Of a stretch of 64,000 nt of DNA, positions 19,433 through 27,827 are shown piece after piece. The first letter of the stretch is position 1; the number at the start of each line of letters is the position of its first letter. This DNA is from an uncultured Gammaproteobacteria bacterium (GTDB lineage: Bacteria > Pseudomonadota > Gammaproteobacteria > Xanthomonadales > SZUA-38), in NCBI GenBank assembly GCA_964559945.1, contig CAZLJY010000003.1:5209-69208 (forward strand), read 5' to 3'. The position numbers and the translations under genes were made by a program. The notes under the pieces were generated by a model. The model was not told the DNA's origin. It ran no database searches and was given only the letters and a program-made list of their open reading frames with translations.

Positions 19433-20374
19433 ATGAATACGACACAGGACAATACGACGCCAATGGAACAGGCCGCACAGTGGATGAGCCGTTTGGGAGC
19501 AACAGAAACGCCCGACTGGAACGACCCGGAATTTGCCGTTTGGCTGGATCAATCGACCCGGCATCGGGAAGCGTTTGCCGAAGTCAGCGCCCTGTGGTTT
19601 GCGGCCGAACAAATTGCGCCGGGCGACGATCTAAAGCCCCCTTCCCTGGATCACCAATGGAACCCTTTGGCAACTTCCAATCGGCGAACCTCCCGTTGGC
19701 GCATCGGTGCTGGCTTTGCGGTGGCCTTGACGGCCCTAATGTTACTACCCAATGTGCTGCAGCGCTGGACGGCGTCGCAATCAGAGTTCCTCACCCAACG
19801 AGGCGAAACCGCAAACATCACACTGGCTGACGGCTCAACGATTCAAATGGCTGGTCTCAGTGCGTTCAGTTCTTTGAGCGACGGGCGCGGCATTGAACTG
19901 CACTACGGCGAAGTTTTCCTGCAGGTTACCCATGACCCGCAAGATCCATTTGTGGTCTCTGCTGGAGATAATGAAGTCACGGTGCTGGGCACCCAGTTTG
20001 GTGTTGCATGGCGGGACGGCGAGCACCGCGCTGGCGTGGTTAGCGGTCGGGTTTCCGTGTCCTCAGGAACGGGGCCTTTAATTCAGCTGGGGCCCGGCGA
20101 GCTTGCCGTCAACGGCACCCAGAGCCGGCAGCCGGGCCAGGATTTTTTCGCCTGGCGCTCGGGCAATCTGGTGTTTACCGAGACACCACTGAGCCAAGTG
20201 ATCGATCAATTGGCCCCTTTCCTCTCTCAGCGAATTATCCGGGTACCCGGCGCTAAGGACCCCATGGTTAGCGCTGTGGTTAATCTTCGTGTTGGCGACC
20301 AAATGCTTGAAACCCTGGCCCAAAGTACGGGTATGCAGATACTGACCGCCGGGCCGGTTACACTGCTGTACTGA
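19433..20374 (+). CDS. FecR-like transmembrane anti-sigma factor / sensor
   Basis: N-terminal anti-sigma segment (AAQWMSRL...FAVWLDQSTRHREAFAEV), a single TM (IGAGFAVALTALMLL), and a periplasmic FecR domain (GEVFLQVTHDPQDPFVVSAGDNEVTVLGTQFGV). SD GGAG lies 8 nt upstream. Confidence 0.88.
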   Translation: MNTTQDNTTPMEQAAQWMSRLGATETPDWNDPEFAVWLDQSTRHREAFAEVSALWFAAEQIAPGDDLKPPSLDHQWNPLATSNRRTSRWRIGAGFAVALTALMLLPNVLQRWTASQSEFLTQRGETANITLADGSTIQMAGLSAFSSLSDGRGIELHYGEVFLQVTHDPQDPFVVSAGDNEVTVLGTQFGVAWRDGEHRAGVVSGRVSVSSGTGPLIQLGPGELAVNGTQSRQPGQDFFAWRSGNLVFTETPLSQVIDQLAPFLSQRIIRVPGAKDPMVSAVVNLRVGDQMLETLAQSTGMQILTAGPVTLLY

Positions 20375-22704
20375 TGAATGCAAAAACCCGCCGATGCGGG
20401 CTGCTGGCCCTGTTCATGGCTGGAACGCTGGTGGCTCTATCTAGTCAGGCGCAAACCCTGGAGGAGGCGCTGCGCCGCATTAGCGAACAGCAGAGCTGGA
20501 ATTACCTGCTGGGACCTGGGGTCGATCTATCCCTGCCTGTTAGTACGGATATTTTGACCGAGGCCGCGCTTGAGCAGTTCCTGCAACGATCGGCCATTAC
20601 CATCCATGTTTTGCCAACAGGCGATCGACAACTGCGCCGAGACAACCTGGCACAAGTCAGCTTGGACGCATTGCCTGTGACAGCAGCCTCATTGGCTGGA
20701 GGCGGGCCGCCACTGCGTAACGGTGTCAGCGGCACCCAGATCAGCGCGCAGGATATGGAAAATTTAAACGACACCCAGCTCGATCAACTATTCACCCGAG
20801 CTGCTAACGTTTTTGGCAGCGGTGATGAGTACTATGTTCGCGGAGTGGCCAGTGGCGGCGACCTCAATACCCTGGGCAACGCCGCGGCCGTTGTGGGTAA
20901 AGCGCCTCTGCCCAATGCCGTACTGGGAAATCTACCCTTAAGCACCTGGGATGTGGCGAGTGCCGGATTTGAGCGAGGCACCCGCAGCGCCAGCGAGGCT
21001 GGACCGTTTAGCAGTTTTGCCGGGCGCATCAGCATCCGACCCAAGGCACCGGGGTTTGCCAATGAGCATCGGTTCCGGTTAGGCCTAACCGAGCTGGGTG
21101 ATTCGCAAATTTCACTGTTGGCCAATACGGTCTTCATCGATGAAGAACTGGCAATGCGGGTTAGCGTAGATCGCCAATCCCTTGCCGGCACACTCACCGA
21201 CCCGGGCACATCCCGTTCCACGGGACTCGGGGAGGATTTTGATTTTCGCCGAAGCACCACCGCACGTGCCGCGCTATCGTGGGAACCTGCGGCCCTGCCC
21301 GCGCTGCGTGTCTCCTTGGACCTCATTGGCATTGACGGCAGTGCCGGACCCCAGCGAATAACGGCAACCAACCCCTTTGATCGGGTTGGTCGAGGACCGC
21401 CATTTTTACAGCAAGATGTCAGCGGCGAGTTGGCGACCTTAAGTGGCATCGTTGAAAGCACCAACATGGGAAATTTCAGCATCGACGTGGTGGCCTCTCG
21501 AGGTACCGCAGAGCTGGTACCCAGCCGGGTTCTAGCCAATGATCTAGACCCAGCCGACCCCTTAGTGGACGAAGAACGCGACCGCCTCCTATTCAGTCAC
21601 CTTAATTGGACTAAGACTTGGAATCACTCGACTCTCGGCATTGGTCTGAGCGCAGGACAGAATTCGCACCAGGATGGCTATTTGCGCGAGCAGCGAGACT
21701 GGCGGTTACGCAGCCGCCTACGTCGCAACACCCTCGCCTTAACTCTAGATACTGCGTTAACGAAAGCTTGGCGGTTGCAGGCTGGATTGCGCTACACCAA
21801 AGATCAATTGCGGCGCAGTTGCAGTAGCACGGCGCTGGGATCGCCTTCTTCTCAGCCCAGTGACTGTTTGCAAGTTCTAGGGCTACTACTGATTCCATTG
21901 GATGGACAATTTGAACGGTTCAGTCAACGTTATGACAACCTCAGCCCCGAACTAGCGCTGGCCTATAAGCCCTCCGCCAACAGCGAGTATTACCTGCGCT
22001 TGGCCGAAGGGTTTAACAGCGGCGGCGCTGTTTCCGACGCCACCTTTGATGGCTTACCCCAATGGATTTTCTATGAGCCAGAACGCTCTCGCGGCGCTGA
22101 GCTTGGCTGGCGCGGGCAACTTGGGAGTTTAACCGTCAACGCAACCGCATTTCACACGCAGTTAGATCAACAATGGCAGGTGATACAAGGCAATGTGGGG
22201 CTAGGAGACATCATTAACGTTGGTAATTCTAAAAGCCGTGGCCTGGAATTGGATGGGCGTTGGCAATTGTCTCCAGACCACCAGCTAGCGTTTAGCTTGG
22301 GCTGGCTCAATACGCGATTCGAAAACTTTCTGCCCTTCGAAGCCGATGCCCGGCTTGAACCTGCTGGCGGCAATCAGTTTCCCGGTGCACCGGATTTTTC
22401 CGGTTCACTGAACTGGCGCTCTAGCCTAGGGGCTGGCTGGCAAATCGGTGCTGGATTGACCTTTCACGACGCTGTACAGGCCAACGCTAACAATCCGGAT
22501 TCAGCCGAAATCCCCGCCGTTGCCTTGGCTGACTTGCGAGTCGCTTGGCAGCGCGGATCGATCACCGTGGCGTTGACGGCGCGCAACCTGTTTGACCGCG
22601 ATTATCAACAAACCACGCCCAACGTCATTCGTCGCAACCAACGCATTGATTATTTGCCTGGGCGTCCACGCAATATCGGTCTGACCCTTCAGTATGATTT
22701 TTAA
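20374..22704 (+). CDS. TonB-dependent transducer (TonB-dependent receptor with N-terminal STN signalling domain)
   Basis: Signal peptide ...LSSQAQ and an STN-like N-terminal extension (LEEALRRISEQQSWNYLL...). The body is beta-barrel-like and the terminus (RPRNIGLTLQYDF) ends in the aromatic residue typical of TBDRs. The start overlaps the fecR stop (TGATG). Confidence 0.8.
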   Translation: MNAKTRRCGLLALFMAGTLVALSSQAQTLEEALRRISEQQSWNYLLGPGVDLSLPVSTDILTEAALEQFLQRSAITIHVLPTGDRQLRRDNLAQVSLDALPVTAASLAGGGPPLRNGVSGTQISAQDMENLNDTQLDQLFTRAANVFGSGDEYYVRGVASGGDLNTLGNAAAVVGKAPLPNAVLGNLPLSTWDVASAGFERGTRSASEAGPFSSFAGRISIRPKAPGFANEHRFRLGLTELGDSQISLLANTVFIDEELAMRVSVDRQSLAGTLTDPGTSRSTGLGEDFDFRRSTTARAALSWEPAALPALRVSLDLIGIDGSAGPQRITATNPFDRVGRGPPFLQQDVSGELATLSGIVESTNMGNFSIDVVASRGTAELVPSRVLANDLDPADPLVDEERDRLLFSHLNWTKTWNHSTLGIGLSAGQNSHQDGYLREQRDWRLRSRLRRNTLALTLDTALTKAWRLQAGLRYTKDQLRRSCSSTALGSPSSQPSDCLQVLGLLLIPLDGQFERFSQRYDNLSPELALAYKPSANSEYYLRLAEGFNSGGAVSDATFDGLPQWIFYEPERSRGAELGWRGQLGSLTVNATAFHTQLDQQWQVIQGNVGLGDIINVGNSKSRGLELDGRWQLSPDHQLAFSLGWLNTRFENFLPFEADARLEPAGGNQFPGAPDFSGSLNWRSSLGAGWQIGAGLTFHDAVQANANNPDSAEIPAVALADLRVAWQRGSITVALTARNLFDRDYQQTTPNVIRRNQRIDYLPGRPRNIGLTLQYDF

Positions 22705-22707
22705 ATC

Positions 22708-22741
22708 GTTTGGGGGGCAGCGTTGTTGGCAAACGTCTGCC
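22708..22741 (+). promoter_or_regulatory. Candidate ECF-sigma-type promoter upstream of P2
   Basis: GTTTGGGGGG (22708-22717), 16 nt counted from the last five Gs, then CGTC (22734-22737) inside AACGTCTGCC (22732-22741). That 10-mer is identical to the one upstream of P1. Confidence 0.4.
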
Positions 22742-22766
22742 CGACATAGAACAACGGAGTTTAACC

Positions 22767-24032
22767 ATGAAGATTCGCTTTTTGATGATAGCCCTAATAT
22801 TGAGCTTGCCGGTTTGCACTGTGCAAGCAGTCAGCTTAGATACCAGCGGCCGCAACGCCCAGGTGCTGATATTTCCGGTGTTCACAACCCAAGGCGCCTT
22901 TGAGACCGATTTCACCATTCGAAATAACACCGACCAAGGTAAAGCACTGAGGGTCGTTACCAAAGACGCATTGGCCGGCCGCCCCACCATCAGCGTCAAT
23001 GTATACCTAAAACCCGGTGATGCCTGGAACGCGCGATTAATCGGACAGCCTGCATTCTCAGCAACGCTGGTCAGCAATGACGAAAGTTGCAGCGTACCGC
23101 GCCTCGCCTCACCGCGGGCAACCGCCGCGCAGTTAGACGCTAACCTGGATGGCGGACGTTTGCCTCGCTCCCAGCTCGTTACCGGTTATATCGAGGTGTT
23201 CGAAATGGGAGAAATCAGTCCGGAGTTGGCTGCTGACTGCGATGAGATTGATAGTCGGTTCGCCGATGGCGTGTGGTCAACTGGCGAGGTGTTGGTCAAC
23301 GACGGGGTCAGTGCTCCTGGAGGCGGCTTGTCTGGCATCTCCTATGTTCGTGACACTGCTCGCGGCAACACATTGGCGTTTCGGCCGACCGGGCTTGCCG
23401 ATTTCAGTAACGTGCCCAATCACACGGTCCGCCAACGGGCAGGCCGGCCTTCCCTGGGTAACGTTGCACCGGCGCAAGCAGAGATTGATGGACAGACCTT
23501 TGGTTTTTCCTCCAGCCCAATCAATGCCGTTGAAGCGGTTTTGATGACTCAGCAGCTATCCGCTGAGTACCATAGCCAAGAGGGCACACAGGCCTTTGCC
23601 ACGGCGATGGTCCTGCTGCCTACTCGGCCCTTTCATGCCAACCCGGGCTTTTATCGACCCTTCAACGCATCACCGTTTGACCCAGCTAACAATCAGGTTG
23701 TTGGCAACATTGTTGACAACAAAGGAGATCGGTTGAACAACTTATCTACGCCTGCGGCAGGCGAGTTGTGTGACCGCTACACTGGCGCGCTAAATTTTGT
23801 GTCGTTGATCAATTTTCTGGCGTTTAGCGCCATTTGCGATTTCGGTGAAGCCCAGCTGTTTTTGTTCAATGACGATTTTCGCGGTGTCGTGGAACTGCCA
23901 CTGACTGGCAGCGTAACGGCCGATGACGGCACATCATTCAATGGTCTTCCCGCGGTTGGTCATCTGTTGCAAACCACCCTCAATAACACCGATGAATTGG
24001 GTGTATATGCCATACCCATGAGACGGCAGTAA
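22767..24032 (+). CDS. Uncharacterised secreted protein P2 (paralog of 16609..18033)
   Basis: ATG 22767 has GGAG 8-11 nt upstream; the caller's 22710 start is a 5' extension. Signal peptide MKIRFLMIALILSLPVCTVQA. Alignable to P1 along its whole length. Confidence 0.85.
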   Translation: MKIRFLMIALILSLPVCTVQAVSLDTSGRNAQVLIFPVFTTQGAFETDFTIRNNTDQGKALRVVTKDALAGRPTISVNVYLKPGDAWNARLIGQPAFSATLVSNDESCSVPRLASPRATAAQLDANLDGGRLPRSQLVTGYIEVFEMGEISPELAADCDEIDSRFADGVWSTGEVLVNDGVSAPGGGLSGISYVRDTARGNTLAFRPTGLADFSNVPNHTVRQRAGRPSLGNVAPAQAEIDGQTFGFSSSPINAVEAVLMTQQLSAEYHSQEGTQAFATAMVLLPTRPFHANPGFYRPFNASPFDPANNQVVGNIVDNKGDRLNNLSTPAAGELCDRYTGALNFVSLINFLAFSAICDFGEAQLFLFNDDFRGVVELPLTGSVTADDGTSFNGLPAVGHLLQTTLNNTDELGVYAIPMRRQ

Positions 24033-24059
24033 GCACTAAGCCAACTGCCGCGCCCTGTT

Positions 24060-24088
24060 GCGGCCCCATTTCTGGGGCCGCTTTTTTT
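24060..24088 (+). terminator. Rho-independent terminator ending the P1...P2 operon
   Basis: GCGGCCCCA-TTTC-TGGGGCCGC followed by TTTTTTT. Confidence 0.85.
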
Positions 24089-24135
24089 CACACCAACAAA
24101 GGCGCAGCCTGACTTAGACTAACCCGTCTAACATT

Positions 24136-24840
24136 TTACCGGCGCTCGTCCCATGAGCAGGCAACAACCACCAGCACGTAAACGCATTTCACTTCCAAAC
24201 CAAAACTCGTGACAAACCCAAATTCCGGGGTGATTTTGTCGAAACCCCGCTCTAACTTCCCACGAAAACCTGCTGAATAGAACCGAAGACCCATTTCACC
24301 AGGTTCAAAAGGCAGTTGTGGCAGCGGTCGATCGAGGGTTGTGAGCATGTTCGTTTGGTCGGCAAGCCCCAGTAGCATTGGTGGTATCTGGGGTTCAGGA
24401 GCGATATCAAGCTGGGACTGTCCATCCAGGCGGTATCGCGCCATTTGATTGAGCAAGTCATCTGCCGTCGGCCCAGCAACCTCCTCTGCGACTGGCTGCA
24501 CCGAGGGCTCTGGCATGTCCCGAGTTTCAATGGGGTCTGATTTTGGTGTATCAGGGGTAACGGGTATTTCTTCAGGCTCGGCTGGCGCGAGCTGTTCCCG
24601 CTCCAGCAGCGGTGCAGGTTCTGGACGTGCTATCGGCTCGGGAGGGGCGATTACAGGGGATATCAACTCCACCTCCAAGGCGGGTTGACGCACAGGCGCA
24701 GGCAACGGCTGGAGGCTCAACCACCACAGCACAGCGCAATGCACCAATGTAGCGATAACGAGCCAAACCGGTGCCGATAACCGCGGCCACTTTACCGCCG
24801 GCCACTGTGGACCATCCACAGCAACAACCAGAGTACCCAT
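24136..24840 (-). CDS. Membrane-anchored proline-rich protein (TonB-N-terminus-like, no recognisable TonB C-terminal domain)
   Basis: TM helix (VWLVIATLVHCAVLWWLSL), then PxP/EP-rich spacers (PPEPIARPEPAPLLEREQLAPAEPEEIPVTP). The C-terminal ~90 aa are unlike TonB_C. It lies directly downstream of ppc on the same strand. Confidence 0.55.
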   Translation of the reverse strand: MGTLVVAVDGPQWPAVKWPRLSAPVWLVIATLVHCAVLWWLSLQPLPAPVRQPALEVELISPVIAPPEPIARPEPAPLLEREQLAPAEPEEIPVTPDTPKSDPIETRDMPEPSVQPVAEEVAGPTADDLLNQMARYRLDGQSQLDIAPEPQIPPMLLGLADQTNMLTTLDRPLPQLPFEPGEMGLRFYSAGFRGKLERGFDKITPEFGFVTSFGLEVKCVYVLVVVACSWDERR

Positions 24841-24884
24841 TACCCTAGGATATAGGGCCGCTGTTGGAAGTTTGTTAAGGGCGC

Positions 24885-27590
24885 TTAGCCGGTATTTTGG
24901 ATGCCGCGGGCGATGCCGTTCACCGTGTCAAACAGCTTACTGAGCAGTTCATCATCTTTACACTCACCCTCTCGCCACTGTCTTAGGAGGCGAATCTGAA
25001 TCAGATTTAACGGATCCACGTAAGGGTTGCGCAGGCGAATGGCGCGACTGAGGGTGACCTCATCGTCGAGCAAGGTATCGCTTCCACGAAGGGTCTGAAT
25101 CCAATGGCGAGTGAGATTGATCTCAGCGCAAATCCCTTCAAATACCGGCCTAATATCAGGGTCAGCCAGCAGGCTATACTGACGACCAATTTCCAAGTCT
25201 GATTTAGCCAGCACCATTTCAACGTCTTTTATAAAACTGCGAAAGAAGGGCCAACGCATCATGTCGGCAACATCGTCCTGGCCGAACTGCTGTATCGCGG
25301 CTTCAAGCCCGCTGCCAAATCCCAAAATCCCGGGCAAATTTATCCGCGTCTGACCCCAAGAAAACACCCATGGAATGGCGCGCAAATTCTCAATGCCCTT
25401 CTGGCTGCGCCGAGCGCTAGGTCTTGATCCTATGGCCAGTCGTTGAATGACATCGATCGGCGTTGCCTGGCGGAAAAAGGGCTCAAAATTCGGATCGTCA
25501 TAAACCATCGATCGATATTTTTTTCGGGCACTGGCGGCGATCACGTCCATACGCTCCGACCATTGCTGAGTCTCGGGTGCAGACTGACGCAAAGTGGCCG
25601 TTAACGTTGCCCCGGTCATCTGTTCCAAGTTGCGCAAAGCTAGTGGTCGAATACCGTATTTCTGATGGATGACCTCCCCCTGTTCGGTCACCCGCAGATA
25701 GCCACGCACGCTGCCCGAGGGCGCCGCCAGAATGCCGTCCACCGTGTTGCCGCCGCCGCGACTGACCGTTCCCCCTCGACCGTGGAAAAACCCGATATTG
25801 AGTCCAAGTTCGTCGGCCACATCGGTTAGCTGGCGTTGGGTTCGTTGCAGTGCCCAGCGCGCCGCAGCAATGCCGCTGTCTTTATTGCTGTCTGAATACC
25901 CAATCATCACCAACTGCCTATCGCCGCGATGACTCAAATGAGCACGATAGCTATCCTCAGCGGCCAGGCCGCGAACAATACCTTCGCCAGCGGTTAGGTC
26001 ATCAACGGTTTCCAGCAGCGGAGCGATATCCAGCGGCACCTGATTATCGTCCTCCACCAACCCTGCGGCGCCGGCCAGCAAAAGCACACTGAGAACATCA
26101 TCGGCACCCTGGGCCATACTGATAATGAAACAACCGATGGCTGAGGACCCATAGGTCTTTCGTGCATCTGCAATAGCGCGAAAAACCGCCAGTACTTTTT
26201 CCAATGATTGAGGCACATCGTCCGGCAGCGGCGGCGGCTCAGCCAGCCACTGGGTCAGAATTTGCGTTCGTTCAGCTGAGTCTCGTGATATCCATTGATC
26301 GTCACCGCTCCAGGCGGAAATAGCCTGACGTAGTTCCATCGCGTCCTGGCGAACGTCCAGGGTCGCCAAATGAAAGCCAAACGTGCGCACCCGCCACATC
26401 AACCGCTTGACCAGGAACAATCCCGCCTTGCCGCCACGGTTCTGCTCAAGGGAGGTGCGAATCGTTTGTAAGTCAGCCAACAACTCGGTGCTGCTGGAGT
26501 AACCACTTTGACCACCTTTAAGCACCTGCAGGAGACGGGTAGTCATGAAGGTCAGCAGCCTTCGGTAAGGCATATCGTCGTAGCGATCGGGAATGCTGGC
26601 GCCGGTGTCTGGCAACATCCGTTCGTACTTTGTCACCCGATGCAATACCGCCTCGTTGATCTCAGTTTGCCCTATGGACTGGGATAGATCTCGAGCCAAC
26701 TTGCGTACTTCCGGCAGGTAACGGGTCACAATCAACTGGCGATGATCAGCCAGACTGTCTCCTATCGTTTTGTGATCCACATTGGGATTGCCGTCCATGT
26801 CTCCGCCAACCCAGGAGCCAAATTTCAATACACTGGGCAAGCGGCCTTCAGCGAAAGCCTCTGGGAAATATTTATCCAACGAGCGCCGAAATGATTCATA
26901 AAACGCCGGCACGATCTGATAAAGCACTTCAGTGACGTAAAACATTACGTGCTCACGTTCGGTAGCAACCGTGGGCCGGGCCGCCGAGTAGGCGCGGGTT
27001 TGCCAAGCAGAGGTCATTGCCTGTCGGATCCTTTGCAACGCCATGTCTTCTTCTTCCGGCGTGCGGTCCGGGTCAAACCTTTCCACCATGCGTATCACCA
27101 TGGAGCGGTCTTTTTCTAACAGTGTTCGCCGGGTTGCTTCGGTTGGATGGGCGGTCATTACCGGTTCTATCTGGGTGCTCTGCAACAACTCACGCAACCG
27201 CTCATCGCTGGTACCAGCATCTCGCAGCTGAGCCAACGCCTGGTCTAAGGAATCGGCCATCAGCGAGCTCTCGCGCTGGTAATCACGGATGCGCCGCACC
27301 CGATGGACCTTTTCGGCCAGATTGACCGCTTGAAAATAGGCTGAGAAGCCGCGCACCACCAAGGCAAGAGAGTCTTCACTGGCTTGGCTGATCCGATCCC
27401 ACAGCTTTTCCGTGGACCCATCTGTCGCTTCGCGTCGCGCAATGGCCTCTAGACGAACGGCCTCAACCAACGCGTATAGTTCGCCGCCACACTGTTCTTC
27501 CAGCACCTCCCCAACCATCGCACCCAATAGGCTGACGTCTTCTTTTAGTGCTAGGTCCTTGTCGGGAAACGAAATTTCTCTTGGGCTCAT
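24885..27590 (-). CDS. ppc: Phosphoenolpyruvate carboxylase
   Basis: Conserved VMTAHPTE, GYSDSNKDSG, FHGRGGTVSRGGG and a C-terminal ...NTG. ATG 27590 (MSPREISFPDKDLALKEDVSLLG) fits the family N-terminus. The caller's 27779 start is a 5' extension. Confidence 0.96.
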   Translation of the reverse strand: MSPREISFPDKDLALKEDVSLLGAMVGEVLEEQCGGELYALVEAVRLEAIARREATDGSTEKLWDRISQASEDSLALVVRGFSAYFQAVNLAEKVHRVRRIRDYQRESSLMADSLDQALAQLRDAGTSDERLRELLQSTQIEPVMTAHPTEATRRTLLEKDRSMVIRMVERFDPDRTPEEEDMALQRIRQAMTSAWQTRAYSAARPTVATEREHVMFYVTEVLYQIVPAFYESFRRSLDKYFPEAFAEGRLPSVLKFGSWVGGDMDGNPNVDHKTIGDSLADHRQLIVTRYLPEVRKLARDLSQSIGQTEINEAVLHRVTKYERMLPDTGASIPDRYDDMPYRRLLTFMTTRLLQVLKGGQSGYSSSTELLADLQTIRTSLEQNRGGKAGLFLVKRLMWRVRTFGFHLATLDVRQDAMELRQAISAWSGDDQWISRDSAERTQILTQWLAEPPPLPDDVPQSLEKVLAVFRAIADARKTYGSSAIGCFIISMAQGADDVLSVLLLAGAAGLVEDDNQVPLDIAPLLETVDDLTAGEGIVRGLAAEDSYRAHLSHRGDRQLVMIGYSDSNKDSGIAAARWALQRTQRQLTDVADELGLNIGFFHGRGGTVSRGGGNTVDGILAAPSGSVRGYLRVTEQGEVIHQKYGIRPLALRNLEQMTGATLTATLRQSAPETQQWSERMDVIAASARKKYRSMVYDDPNFEPFFRQATPIDVIQRLAIGSRPSARRSQKGIENLRAIPWVFSWGQTRINLPGILGFGSGLEAAIQQFGQDDVADMMRWPFFRSFIKDVEMVLAKSDLEIGRQYSLLADPDIRPVFEGICAEINLTRHWIQTLRGSDTLLDDEVTLSRAIRLRNPYVDPLNLIQIRLLRQWREGECKDDELLSKLFDTVNGIARGIQNTG

Positions 27591-27827
27591 GGGAATTACC
27601 GAGGCGAATAGATCGCCCTGCCTTACTCTAAATGAGGGCCGACTATAGACCAAATGGCCGGCTAATTTCAGCAATGATCGCGACTTGCGAAAAGTCCCGC
27701 CTTTGGGCAACATAGCGTCCCCGAATCGCCCCGCAGCGTCCGCGGACTCGGTCAATTGGATATTCCAGCCAGCAGGCACAGACCTGGGTGGGCGGCTGGA
27801 CCACTTTCGACAGCAGCAGAGTTGACG

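Noticed and set aside
27591-27827. Apparent overlap of the ppc (to 27779) and GMC oxidoreductase (from 27756) ORFs. Similar 5' extensions occur for ruvA, ruvC, pgl, ybgC, queC, the TBDR (42845), the FGE gene (38837), the MBL hydrolase, and P2 (22710).
   Set aside because: The family-typical N-termini begin at internal ATG/GTG codons (e.g. ppc MSPREISF at 27590, GMC MDAKTFDYIIVGAG at 27828). The extensions are just open frame upstream of the true starts.
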